Virus genome (UHGV): UHGV-0141727
Direction: 5' to 3' (one strand)
DNA: 64,000 nt
Source of the DNA: a virus
In this document: positions 7,688-17,611 of the stretch, piece after piece
Position numbering within the stretch: the first letter of the stretch is position 1
Layout of the letters: each line of letters begins with the position of its first letter
Made by a program: the position numbers and the translations under genes
The notes under the pieces: model-generated
The model's database searches: none
What the model was told of the DNA's origin: nothing
The model's input: the letters and a program-made list of their open reading frames with translations, nothing else

Positions 7688-9073
7688 TCAGGTTTCCAGC
7701 CCAAAATCGCTTTGTTCTGTTTTGGCTTCGAACATCGTGAAGTTAAGCCCTTTCCCCTCTCCATGTTCCAGTTCAATCTCATTAGAAACAGCGGTCAAAA
7801 TACTACGTAGATCGACATCTCCACCGCCGAACATATCGCCCAACGCCTGCTGTTTATGAATCAGTTCGTCGTTGATTTTTTGTGCCATTTTTTTGAATGC
7901 AGCCCCCATGCGCTTCGCGCTTCGATTATTTGCCACGATGAATAGCGCCAACGCCTCAGCTTCCGGCGTGCTATCACCGAAGAGTCCGCGCTGGGCTATC
8001 ACCTCTTCCACTGCCTGACCGTTGTCTTTGGCTTCACGAACAAGGTTAATCGCGTCCTGGAGTGCTGCTATAGCCTGTTTATCCAGACCGTTCACCTGCT
8101 CTATACCATCAACCAGACCAGTTACAGCATCATGATGTGCATCGCCAGAAATCGACTGCATTTGCGCAAAGTCACTGGCTGCTGTATTAAGCGCGGTCAG
8201 GATATTGCGCATTTCCGGATCCGGTTCTTCCGCCACAAGCCGAACAAGTCGCTCATCCTTATAGGCTTTGGCAAAAATCGCATTCTGAATGCGATCGATA
8301 AGCTGTTTCGTTGGACGTCCATCGGCTGTAAGCAAACCTGCCGTCGCGGTATCGCCTATTTCGTGCAAAAACGCACGAATAAACGCATCATTGGACCGCG
8401 CCAGTAGATTGCCATCATCTGAAGGATTAAATAGCGCCATGACGCTCTCAGTGAGAAATTGCGCATCCGCATACGCTTTCTCACTTGCAGCCATCTCTTG
8501 CAGATCGCTGATGTTTGAGTCGCGTGCAAATTGAGCACGATCAACGTCAGTGAGGCGCTCGCGAACCAGTACAGGCATCACCATTGCCCTGACGTCTTCG
8601 GGATTAAGGCCAAACTCTTTAGCGTGATCGATAAGATATTGTCGGTAATCTTCAGCCTGCCCTTGTTCATAAGCACGCCAGATTCCCATGCTTCGACCAT
8701 TACCAGACTCAACGACATTATCCGGACCAACAATCGGGGAACCATGACTACTCATACCCGAATCAGTGAGTTGTGCCGGGCGTAAATTGGCGGCGATACG
8801 GTTAACCTGGAGCTTACTTGACAGTCGGGTGCGATCGCGAGGCTGGAGTTCCTCCGGAAATGACGGATTTATACTTCCGTCCAGGTTGTTAGAAATGATG
8901 AGCTTTTTGGCATCAATAACCTTGAACGCTGTTTTAACTTCGTCGCCTTTGCTGGTGACGACATAGCTGCTACGCCCCAACTTCGTCTCTTGCTTTTCAA
9001 GAGATGACACCACAGCGATAACCCCCTCAATGTTCGCTGCGGCTAGAAGTGCTGATGTTACGTTTTGAGTCAC
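7688..9073 (-). CDS. DdrB-like protein with ParB/Srx-like domain (Dar antirestriction operon position)
   Basis: 461 aa. N-terminal region with the ELQPRDR motif of the ParB-like (DdrB-type) family. Last gene of the lydA..ddrB-like operon. Confidence 0.45.
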   Translation of the reverse strand: MTQNVTSALLAAANIEGVIAVVSSLEKQETKLGRSSYVVTSKGDEVKTAFKVIDAKKLIISNNLDGSINPSFPEELQPRDRTRLSSKLQVNRIAANLRPAQLTDSGMSSHGSPIVGPDNVVESGNGRSMGIWRAYEQGQAEDYRQYLIDHAKEFGLNPEDVRAMVMPVLVRERLTDVDRAQFARDSNISDLQEMAASEKAYADAQFLTESVMALFNPSDDGNLLARSNDAFIRAFLHEIGDTATAGLLTADGRPTKQLIDRIQNAIFAKAYKDERLVRLVAEEPDPEMRNILTALNTAASDFAQMQSISGDAHHDAVTGLVDGIEQVNGLDKQAIAALQDAINLVREAKDNGQAVEEVIAQRGLFGDSTPEAEALALFIVANNRSAKRMGAAFKKMAQKINDELIHKQQALGDMFGGGDVDLRSILTAVSNEIELEHGEGKGLNFTMFEAKTEQSDFGLET

Positions 9074-9164
9074 AATTAACCACCTTTCTGTAAAAAAGGC
9101 AGTGTAAAAAGTGTGTTATTTCGCTGACTATTTTAAGAAGAAAGGGGCATTCTGCCCCTCTCTT

Positions 9165-9536
9165 TTACGCTGCATACCCGTTAGCTGAAACCCAGTTTAC
9201 GGTCTGTTCTTTGGCCTGGTCGAGTGTCAAAAATTCACCAATATATTGAGATATGCCTCTCAAAGCATCGATGAACTCCATTTGTGATGATTTAGTAAAT
9301 GCACCACTAAGGAAGTCAACAACAATTTTAGGCGTTTCTTGTGCCGCCGGTTGCACTTCCTCTTCTTGCTGTTGCGCTGGATTATTCGATGAACCAAGCC
9401 CCAGCTTCATCATCACTTCAACTATCCGCACGCCAATAGTGACACGTTGTACCGCAGTCGCGCTTTTTTGCGCTGACATCAGCTCAGACAGTTCTTTGCC
9501 TAAGCTAAGGCGCTCCGTTACTGATATTTTCACCAC
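9165..9536 (-). CDS. DdrA-like small protein (by synteny)
   Basis: 123 aa, between the DarA-like and DdrB-like genes. No motif recognised. Confidence 0.3.
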   Translation of the reverse strand: MVKISVTERLSLGKELSELMSAQKSATAVQRVTIGVRIVEVMMKLGLGSSNNPAQQQEEEVQPAAQETPKIVVDFLSGAFTKSSQMEFIDALRGISQYIGEFLTLDQAKEQTVNWVSANGYAA

Positions 9537-11482
9537 ACGCCCCCTTGTTGTATCTCTGCCAAAATGTTGATCAGGTGATCGGCTGCCGCACCAACAAGTG
9601 ACTCGTTCTCATCATATCGACCTGCGTTGATAAGAACATTAGCTGCCTCCTGAATGCGATCAAACTCCGCTCTAATCACCGTCAAATCACGGGACGTAAA
9701 CTGCAACGGCACGGATTTCAGATATTCCAGCGCACTGTCCGCCTCCTGATCAGCCTCACTAACGACTGGCCCATCTGAACCTGTATCAGACTCTTGGGGG
9801 GATTCAGGTTCAGACTCAGGTACTGGTACTGGTACTGCTTCCGGTGCCTGATCTAATGTCTGTTCAGCTTCGACTACTTCTGATTGATTCTGAAGCGCGT
9901 CATAGATATCCATTATAAAAAGGTTCTCCCCATCTCCAAGTGGATAAGCGACGTTAGGAAATGCTTTGCGGAAGAGGATTTTTATCTGCGCCTTAAAGGT
10001 TTTCAAGTCGCTTCCAAACAGATCAACATAGCCATCAATATGGTTCGACATACTGGACGCAACCAATTCGCCTGCAATCTCTTTCAATTCATCGTCACCA
10101 GGGAGATATAGCAACTCGTACTGACTGACTTCTTCGTCTGTCAGTTTGCGGTCATACGTAATGATTCCGTGACGAGCATATTCGTAATACGGATCAGCCT
10201 GATCAGGACGGTCAAGTACAGCTTTATTTCCTTCAGGAACCGCACCAACACCCGCCGGGCGAGATTGGAGCGCATAGCGATATTTACCAACCTCCAGGGG
10301 ATCAGGATGTGATTCTGGTTGTGGCTCCTGTTCAGGCTGCGGCTGATCAGTTGGCTCAGGCTGGCCCGGCAACACATCCACTTTGTATTGATCAGCATTA
10401 TGTTCACGATAGGCTTTAAGTAATTTGGTTGCAGCGTCCGCTGAACTCCCACCTTTAACAGCACTGACATCAATACTGAAATTGCCTTCTGGTGCCTCAA
10501 TCGTGACAAAGCTATCACTGCCTGACGTGACATACTTAACTACAGCACCATTATCCAGCGTTGTTTGGCCTTCTGTAGCAAGATTATGTTTTATGTGTCG
10601 CAGTTGATCATTGAAGGCACGCTCTTTAGTTCCTTGGCTCTTAGCTGACAATAAATTATCGCGTTTAGCCTGCAATTCCGCGTTAAGGGCTTTTTGTGCG
10701 TCTAATTTATTCTGCATATCATTGAGTGTTGAGCGTTTCTCTGCCAGCCCCCGCTGTGCGTCTTCAACCTGCTCAATCAGCACAGAACGTTCTTCTGCCA
10801 GCTTGTCGGCTTCATTGAGATACCCCTCAATATCAGCCTTCATTTTGTCTTGGCGCTCCTTTGCTTTTTTGAATTTTGCACTATTACGCTCAATGAGGTT
10901 AGAAAGCGCCTGGCATACCTGGCTCAGAGATACATCACGCCCACCGATTGGCGCAACAACATGCGTAACGTTTCTTTTGTTAAGAAGAAACTGAAACGCA
11001 ACCAGCTCGTCATCCCCTTTAATTCTTGTGCCGTCTGCGGTTGGAGAATGGAAAATTATGCTTGTCGTTTGCCCATCGGTTAGAGGTATTTGTGCTGTTA
11101 CAACAGGGATATTAGCAACCCGGCGCACGCGCCCAATGATTGCCCCACCGATACTATTACGTCCGTCTTCATATTCACCTGCCTCATCCGTACCCGCAGC
11201 AATGTCAGTGCCATTCAGGCCGCGATTAAGCGCCCGGACAAATGCTCGCATTGTTTGCGCTAACCGCAATTTTGTTGTGGTTATAGCTTCGAACATTGCC
11301 TCATTGGTAGTTACCAAAATTTCGTTGCCCATATAGGCCAGCTCGATATCTTCCAGCGTCGCAGGCTCGATAAGTAAATCATCCTCGGTGATATCTTCCG
11401 CCACCCAACGATTAGGCGTATATCCAGTGAGCGTATCTGCAAAAGTGGACTGGATATTTATTCGAATAGGTTTCTTTATCAT
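9530..11482 (-). CDS. DarA-like internal head / antirestriction protein (by size and synteny)
   Basis: 650 aa. Central coiled coil, Pro/Glu/Gln-rich linker (PGQPEPTDQPQPEQEPQPESHPDP). Same operon position as P1 darA. Confidence 0.4.
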   Translation of the reverse strand: MIKKPIRINIQSTFADTLTGYTPNRWVAEDITEDDLLIEPATLEDIELAYMGNEILVTTNEAMFEAITTTKLRLAQTMRAFVRALNRGLNGTDIAAGTDEAGEYEDGRNSIGGAIIGRVRRVANIPVVTAQIPLTDGQTTSIIFHSPTADGTRIKGDDELVAFQFLLNKRNVTHVVAPIGGRDVSLSQVCQALSNLIERNSAKFKKAKERQDKMKADIEGYLNEADKLAEERSVLIEQVEDAQRGLAEKRSTLNDMQNKLDAQKALNAELQAKRDNLLSAKSQGTKERAFNDQLRHIKHNLATEGQTTLDNGAVVKYVTSGSDSFVTIEAPEGNFSIDVSAVKGGSSADAATKLLKAYREHNADQYKVDVLPGQPEPTDQPQPEQEPQPESHPDPLEVGKYRYALQSRPAGVGAVPEGNKAVLDRPDQADPYYEYARHGIITYDRKLTDEEVSQYELLYLPGDDELKEIAGELVASSMSNHIDGYVDLFGSDLKTFKAQIKILFRKAFPNVAYPLGDGENLFIMDIYDALQNQSEVVEAEQTLDQAPEAVPVPVPESEPESPQESDTGSDGPVVSEADQEADSALEYLKSVPLQFTSRDLTVIRAEFDRIQEAANVLINAGRYDENESLVGAAADHLINILAEIQQGGVW

Positions 11483-12096
11483 GCATCTTCCTCCAGGCGC
11501 GCTATTTCTTCTTTCAATACGCGAGTTTTCGCCAGTTCCTGCGCCATCTCGGTTCTAATGATTTCAGTTTCTCTTGTTGCGCGGTCTGAATTACCTTGCA
11601 CCTGATTTAATTTTTCTTTGGCCCTTTCAATATCCTCGCGGATCGCATCGCGAGATTCCTTTGCCTCTGCTAGTTTCTGCGCATTGGACTTAACGCCTTT
11701 TATTTTCTTATTCCCATCATCAATATCTTTCGCCGCACGAGCTAACTTACGCGCCAATGATTTCTGAAATGATGATGCGCCTTTATTAAATAAAGCAGCC
11801 AGTGATTGCCCTAAAGCCGTCAGCGTTTTAACAGGCTTGAAAGGAACAATTTTTCCGTTCAGTTTTACACCAGAAATATCACCAGTATCATTAACCTGAA
11901 CGTCCATCGTCTGCTCATCGATTCCGATAAGGGTAAACGTGCGCGTCATGATCCCGTCTTTCTTCCTGCCATTACTGGCGGGGATCACCCTCGCTATCTT
12001 GTAGCCTCCTTTACCGATTTCTTTGACGAGTTTTGCCAGCCCCTTTTCGTTTAACTCATCATAATTAAGAAGAACATAATTAGACTTATTTGACAT
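11479..12096 (-). CDS. Hdf-like protein (by synteny)
   Basis: ORF 11479..12120. AAGGAG SD favours ATG 12096. Lys-rich with a C-terminal coiled coil. Confidence 0.35.
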   Translation of the reverse strand: MSNKSNYVLLNYDELNEKGLAKLVKEIGKGGYKIARVIPASNGRKKDGIMTRTFTLIGIDEQTMDVQVNDTGDISGVKLNGKIVPFKPVKTLTALGQSLAALFNKGASSFQKSLARKLARAAKDIDDGNKKIKGVKSNAQKLAEAKESRDAIREDIERAKEKLNQVQGNSDRATRETEIIRTEMAQELAKTRVLKEEIARLEEDA

Positions 12097-12532
12097 TCCA
12101 GTCTCCTTCACACTTTTCAATCATAAACTGGCGTTCTATGCAGTCATTGATAGGGAAAATGCGATAAAGCGGATTCAGGCGGCAATTACCGTTAGTCAAT
12201 GTGACCTTTAGATCCCACTTCGCTGGCTCAAGATATTTCGTGTCGATGAGCAAATATTCTTCTCTCTCACCGCGTTTTGATGCGTCAACTGGTCTTGTTT
12301 TCCCCGAAATAACCACAGATGGATTTTTCAAGTCCTGCAACCAATATTCGATTTGTGCATTGCTTACCCAGCTTCGCTTAACGCGAAGCGACACAGGAAA
12401 CGCTATAGCAGACTCTTTCACTACAGCTTCGCCAATGCTCAAAATATCAACACTCTTGCGACGAAATAAGAAACGGTCAATAACGGCAACAAATGCCATG
12501 ATAAAAATGAAATAATTTCCAAAGTCACCCAT
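12086..12532 (-). CDS. LydB-like protein (putative holin regulator), N-terminal TM segment
   Basis: 148 aa with hydrophobic N-terminus FGNYFIFIMAFVAVI, directly after the holin-like gene. Confidence 0.35.
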   Translation of the reverse strand: MGDFGNYFIFIMAFVAVIDRFLFRRKSVDILSIGEAVVKESAIAFPVSLRVKRSWVSNAQIEYWLQDLKNPSVVISGKTRPVDASKRGEREEYLLIDTKYLEPAKWDLKVTLTNGNCRLNPLYRIFPINDCIERQFMIEKCEGDWNVK

Positions 12533-12858
12533 TACTTCTCTCCACCTTTTCCCCCACTCGCTATTACGCTTAAGAGATTCAAGACGTTACTAGCTCTGGA
12601 CTTCAAGCCCTGTAAAATTTCACTTCCGTTGTTACTGGCAATCAGAACAACGCAGTAAATGATGCCTTCCGGCCATTCATAGCTATCAGCCACCCAAAAT
12701 CCCGCAAGCCCAGCAGTTACCGCAGTAAACAATTCACTCGCGAGGTTGAGCAGTGACGCAGAAATGCGCCCGTCTCTAACTCCGAGAAGGAATACGCCGG
12801 TTCCACTCAGCAGGGATGTTATGACTGCTACAGCCAGATTTTCATAATCTGCAAACAT
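12532..12858 (-). CDS. holin-like membrane protein (LydA position)
   Basis: 108 aa with three hydrophobic segments and a charged C-terminus (GGKGGEK). First gene of the operon. Confidence 0.5.
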   Translation of the reverse strand: MFADYENLAVAVITSLLSGTGVFLLGVRDGRISASLLNLASELFTAVTAGLAGFWVADSYEWPEGIIYCVVLIASNNGSEILQGLKSRASNVLNLLSVIASGGKGGEK

Positions 12859-13171
12859 ACCCCTCCAGAAATGACGTTTAACGCGGCTTCAACTTATCCA
12901 GTTTGTTATTTCCCGACTAAATGCCATTCACACAAAATGGATGCATATGATGGCCCGGTGGTCCGTAAACCTCGTCACTCAGAGCGTGGAGGATGCCAAA
13001 TTCGCGTATCAACAAAATGGTCCAAACACGGCTTTAAAGAGAAATACGCTTGAATGCGCAAGATGTGAGCTGATTCTTGAGGACAAAATGATGACATGTG
13101 AGTCTTCACAAGCGTCATTCAGTGAATATAATACCGACTCTCTCAGATACTACTAACTGGGTGTTCATTAT

Positions 13172-13207
13172 GCCCGCCGTCATTGACTAGACGGCGGGCT
13201 TTTTTTG
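13172..13207 (+). terminator. strong plus-strand rho-independent terminator
   Basis: GCCCGCCGUC-AUUGACUA-GACGGCGGGC followed by U7. Confidence 0.8.
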
Positions 13208-13322
13208 TGCCGAAGGATAGCGTTGCTCAAAAAAAACACAAAACCGCACGCTAATGAAGCCCTCAACAAAAGAGGGCTTGAAATATCAAAAAAAATAGTG
13301 CTGATTGGATTGTTATGATTGT

Positions 13323-13745
13323 TTATGCAGGCATCTCAGGCCATGAGATATCTGCATCAACAGAAGTGTCAACTCTATTAAGAAGAACTCTATACCTCTT
13401 TAACTTTGTCAACATTTCTATTTCCTCATCAGTGGCAATATCCATATCAACAGCATCCTGAAGCGTTGATATTTTTATGCTCACATCATTCATAAGACTA
13501 CTTTTGGTGTTTTCAGCAATGCTGACTCTCTCCTCTAAGCTCATAGGTTGTGGGTCAGATAACATTGGATAACCATCGCCATTTGCAATTATTATTTTCC
13601 CATTGCCATACCCTGATAACAGTTCATCATATAAGTCATCAGGTATATGTACAGCATCGGACGGCCATGAACCGTTTTTATCGTAATCTTCTTTTAGTCT
13701 ATCGTCGTAGAAACCACCAGTCTCTTTGCTGTAATACTTTGCCAT
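13323..13745 (-). CDS. tail fibre assembly protein (P1 U-like)
   Basis: 140 aa. N-terminal YYSKETGGFYDD... typical of Tfa/gpU-type chaperones, directly downstream of the tail fibre gene. Confidence 0.75.
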   Translation of the reverse strand: MAKYYSKETGGFYDDRLKEDYDKNGSWPSDAVHIPDDLYDELLSGYGNGKIIIANGDGYPMLSDPQPMSLEERVSIAENTKSSLMNDVSIKISTLQDAVDMDIATDEEIEMLTKLKRYRVLLNRVDTSVDADISWPEMPA

Positions 13746-13776
13746 TTAAAAACCTTCATTCTAATTAGCTATATTT

Positions 13777-16700
13777 TTAATACCCATAAGCAACATACTG
13801 TGCATATATTTTATCAGTGGAGCTACTTTTTACTGTAAAACCAGTGGCAGAGTTGTTGTATGTATAAAGAATTGCATTAACAGCATTCCCGCTATGAGGT
13901 GAAATCACAACTGCCGCACACGACTCAGGAAAAGAAGTCGGAAATTTAACTACGCTTCCTGGAGTAACAGCCGCTATAGTCCCCCACTGCATCATCACCT
14001 TAGTTGATGTATCCTTATGCCATCCATGAATGTTGGCATATGCAGTATTTTTAGCCTGATATTTCGTGTTGAAATTACTATAGTTACCAGGGGTAATCTG
14101 ACCAGCGGCAGATAAATTCCCCATAACCCTTACATGACCATCAGCACGTCCTAATTCTACGCGACCATCACCGCCATCTATCTTTAATGGAGTGTAAACG
14201 ACATCACCATTAACATTTTGCCCAGTGGTTGATATCTGGAAACTATATCCAGTATTAGTTATTAGGAATCCATAGTTATTATTATAAGTTAGGCGTATAG
14301 CATTTTGGCTGCTGGATATAATTTCACCGGTAACAGTACCACCTGTTGTTGGTAACGCACCAACATGACTTGCCGTTAATGTGATATCTGCAGAACCATC
14401 AAAAGCCACGCCACTTATTTTTCTGGCAGTTTTTAACTTTGTAGCTGTAGCTGCATTGCCACTTGTATTTTGATTCCCGGCAATATTAACGCCCGGAAGA
14501 TTGATGTTTGCTGAACCATCAAACGAAACCCCGCCTATTGTGCGTGCTGTTTGCAGTTTTGTGGCAGTTGCAGCATTGCCGGTAGTGCTCTGATTGCCTG
14601 TTTTATTCACGCCCGGCAGGTCGATGTTTGCGGTGCCATTAAATGAAACACCACCAATAGTTCTTGCCGTTTGTAATTTCGTTGCAGACGCCGCGTTTCC
14701 GGTTGTGTTCTGGTTGCCCGTGGTATTTACACCAGGGATGGAATCTTTCGATGTGTAGACCTGCGCCCACTCAGACCAACTAGCTGTATCAGTATCTCGT
14801 CGCGAACGTACATGTACAGGCGCATGAGCACCACTTGTACCGCTCCAACCTATGAACAACTCGCCTTCACCAGCGGCTGTTGCGCCCTTAAGATGAAGCA
14901 CATTCCCGTAAGCAGAAGGATAGCCGTTGTTGTACGCCTCATACATCTGCAATCCAGTGGTAGCACCTTGCGTTGTACTGGTGAGCGCAGTAACACGCCC
15001 TCTGGACGTAATTGTTGGTATCGAAATGTTCGCAGAACCATCAAACTTAACACCGTTGATTGTGCGGGCTGTTTGCAGTTTTGTAGCGGTTGCCGCATTA
15101 CCTGTTGTGTTCTGGTTACCGGCAATGTTCACACCCGGCAGGTTGATATTGGCGCTGCCATCAAATGCCACCCCGCCGATTGTGCGGGCCGTCTGAAGTT
15201 TCGTTGCGGTTGCCGCATTACCGGTTGTGCTCTGATTACCCGTTTTATTCACGCCAGGCAGGTCGATATTAGCACTGCCATCAAATGACACTCCACCGAT
15301 CGTTCGAGCTGTCTTGAGCTTTGTGGCAGTATCGGCGTTCCCGGTCAGCGTACCAGTAATCCCACCGCCAACTTTTACGCCGTTACCGATGGACACCAAC
15401 CCAGTTCTTAAGTTTATAGAAAATGGTCTTAATGGCCCGATGTCACCATTTTCACCCTCCCCTTCATTTGTCGGGATAAGATGAAGATATTCCTCGGATC
15501 TCCTGAAGATAAGGCCAAAGGCCTGGTTAAATATTCGAAGGGCATTTATTGTGCCAATTTTTAGCTGCCCCCCCATTGTGTCGCCAGAACGCTGAACGGC
15601 GTTACCAGCTTGAGAAGCAATATCCGTTAAGCCAAGATCTTCAGGGGTCAGAGTAATATCTGCCGAACCGTCAAATGCCACACCGTTAATCTTTCTGGCT
15701 GTTTTTAATTTCGTCGCAGTATCGGCGTTCCCGGTCAGCGTACCAGTGATCCCCGCGCTGAAAGTCTGGCGTGCACTCCATGTGTTAGCCGTGCTCAACA
15801 GGGGGATTTTTTCACCGCTGGTACCGAGTTCTCTTAAACCAAGGTATTGGATAACAGCCAGAGTGCTTGTTTTAGCCAGAATATCGCGACCGACTGACGT
15901 TAAATCAGTCTGGGCTACAGTGTCTGTTCCGGTAAAGTACGGTAATTTATTTGCCCCCGTCGCCAGGCCAGCGAGCGCGGTTAAGGTTGCGTCGAGAGGC
16001 TGCTTACCTGCAAGGGCATTTGTCATTGTAGTCGCAAAGTTCGGGTCATTGCCCAGTGCTGCGGCAAGCTCATTCAGGGTATCAAGAGCTTCTGGTGATG
16101 AGCCGACCAATGCAGAAATAGCGGCACGAACATAAGCGGTTGTTGCAATCTGAGTGTTGTTCGTACCTTGTGACGCCGTAGGAGCTGTTGGAACCCCCGT
16201 AAATGCCGGGCTTAATAACGGCGCTTTAAGAGCTAACGCATCATTAATCGTCTGGCTAAACTGGGGATCATTGTTTATTGCATCTGCAATTTTTTTCAGC
16301 GTATCCAACGCTGAAGGAGAACCATCAATAAGGGCGGTTATTGCGGCCTGAACAAAGGCAGTGTTTGCGATTTGTGTACTGTTTGTACCTTGTTCCGGAG
16401 TTGGAGATTTAGGTATACCAATAAACTCCGGGCTATCAACCGGAGCTTTTAGTTTGTTTAACGTGCTGATAGCAAGAGGTGTTGCGGCTTTATATTCTTC
16501 GTCACTATCCAAAGCACTGGAAAACTCAACACCAACAGCACGATTAGCACGATATTCAGTGCTAATCATATCTGCGGTAACGGCTTGAGCATTGTCAGGC
16601 ACGATCACGCGGCATAGCTCAATCTGGTTAGATGCTATTTCCTCATCAACGAGAGCAATAATTCTCGCTGCGCTAATATCCGATGAACTATCTACCTGGC

Positions 16701-17046
16701 TGGTTTTCACTCCATGTTCGTAATTAGCTTCAAGAACGATGATTGTCGTTACACCAGCTTCTACAGGAACAAGAACATCACTGACTTGCTGCACGGATAT
16801 CTGACATTTACCCACGTCAATTGAAGCCGCCCCTTTTCCCTCTGTTTTCTCGGATGTAATCCGCACAAACAGACCATCCCCTGGCACCGGGTCAAACCCA
16901 CAGTACACTCCGGGCAGAACGATATTTTTCATCTTCCTGTTTAGAGCTTCGGTGCTATACAGCTCAAAGTATTGCATGTCTGCAATTAGTGGAGCGGAAA
17001 TGTCCGAAGATAAGGTGACAATATTCTTTACTTTATCTGCGCACAT
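13777..17046 (-). CDS. tail fibre protein (P1 S-like) with phage tail-fibre repeats
   Basis: 1089 aa with seven copies of TGNAxTATKLxTARxIxGVxFDGSANI. Follows the baseplate genes. Confidence 0.85.
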   Translation of the reverse strand: MCADKVKNIVTLSSDISAPLIADMQYFELYSTEALNRKMKNIVLPGVYCGFDPVPGDGLFVRITSEKTEGKGAASIDVGKCQISVQQVSDVLVPVEAGVTTIIVLEANYEHGVKTSQVDSSSDISAARIIALVDEEIASNQIELCRVIVPDNAQAVTADMISTEYRANRAVGVEFSSALDSDEEYKAATPLAISTLNKLKAPVDSPEFIGIPKSPTPEQGTNSTQIANTAFVQAAITALIDGSPSALDTLKKIADAINNDPQFSQTINDALALKAPLLSPAFTGVPTAPTASQGTNNTQIATTAYVRAAISALVGSSPEALDTLNELAAALGNDPNFATTMTNALAGKQPLDATLTALAGLATGANKLPYFTGTDTVAQTDLTSVGRDILAKTSTLAVIQYLGLRELGTSGEKIPLLSTANTWSARQTFSAGITGTLTGNADTATKLKTARKINGVAFDGSADITLTPEDLGLTDIASQAGNAVQRSGDTMGGQLKIGTINALRIFNQAFGLIFRRSEEYLHLIPTNEGEGENGDIGPLRPFSINLRTGLVSIGNGVKVGGGITGTLTGNADTATKLKTARTIGGVSFDGSANIDLPGVNKTGNQSTTGNAATATKLQTARTIGGVAFDGSANINLPGVNIAGNQNTTGNAATATKLQTARTINGVKFDGSANISIPTITSRGRVTALTSTTQGATTGLQMYEAYNNGYPSAYGNVLHLKGATAAGEGELFIGWSGTSGAHAPVHVRSRRDTDTASWSEWAQVYTSKDSIPGVNTTGNQNTTGNAASATKLQTARTIGGVSFNGTANIDLPGVNKTGNQSTTGNAATATKLQTARTIGGVSFDGSANINLPGVNIAGNQNTSGNAATATKLKTARKISGVAFDGSADITLTASHVGALPTTGGTVTGEIISSSQNAIRLTYNNNYGFLITNTGYSFQISTTGQNVNGDVVYTPLKIDGGDGRVELGRADGHVRVMGNLSAAGQITPGNYSNFNTKYQAKNTAYANIHGWHKDTSTKVMMQWGTIAAVTPGSVVKFPTSFPESCAAVVISPHSGNAVNAILYTYNNSATGFTVKSSSTDKIYAQYVAYGY
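14390..15760 (-). repeat. intragenic tandem/dispersed repeats (about 87-nt units) in the tail fibre gene
   Basis: Seven copies in clusters of 1, 3 and 3. Exact stretches of at least 30 nt recur, e.g. gcagtatcggcgttcccggtcagcgtaccagt at about 15320 and about 15717. Confidence 0.75.
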
Positions 17047-17048
17047 AA

Positions 17049-17495
17049 TTATCCCTCGACCTGTTCAATGGTCATGAGCAAGCTGTATCGCTTACCTTTG
17101 AATAAGGTGTCCTGTTGAGTGCAAACAACCCCAAAAGCCTGATCCTCTGCATCTACGAGAACCAGCGTATTGAAATCGTAAGGTGTATCGTCCGGCATCG
17201 TTTCTTGTGGAAAAGCGGCATTAATCGTAATGACACCATCGAGGCTGGAAAGAATGAGATTGGATTCAGCAAAATGCTGTGCATCACTTAACTTGAAGTC
17301 GAGCGGAATATCAGAAATAGTCCAGCCACCAGCACTATTTACCGTCACAAGATCTGACTTGCACCAATAAGCCTTTGTCATAACAAAACGCTCACCCCTG
17401 CCGATTGCAGACTCTGCACGGCGAGAGTAGTAGTAAGAAAGGAGTTGCGCCTTGTAAATACTTGAATCGCTTTGAGATTTTAAAGTTTCAGCCAT
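17049..17495 (-). CDS. tail fibre/baseplate accessory protein (P1 R position)
   Basis: 148 aa, immediately upstream of the tail fibre gene. Call by synteny only. Confidence 0.35.
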   Translation of the reverse strand: MAETLKSQSDSSIYKAQLLSYYYSRRAESAIGRGERFVMTKAYWCKSDLVTVNSAGGWTISDIPLDFKLSDAQHFAESNLILSSLDGVITINAAFPQETMPDDTPYDFNTLVLVDAEDQAFGVVCTQQDTLFKGKRYSLLMTIEQVEG

Positions 17496-17611
17496 AAGAA
17501 CATAGCCCCTTTAACAAGCAATAAATCGAAGGGCAGTATGTTCAGTTTGTGATTTCCGGTGGTCTTCTGTTTTAAGAAATGGCCCCACCCAGTTTGGCGG
17601 GGCCTGGTTTG

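Noticed and set aside
12871-13156. Plus-strand ORFs 12871..13053 and 12941..13156 as genes
   Set aside because: They have no SDs, overlap each other and have odd composition. Only the downstream terminator is solid; see the corresponding finding.
14812-16588. Plus-strand ORFs (e.g. 14812..15288, 15746..16135) inside the tail fibre gene
   Set aside because: They are antisense shadow ORFs of a long, repeat-rich minus-strand gene. They have no SDs and their amino-acid composition looks implausible.
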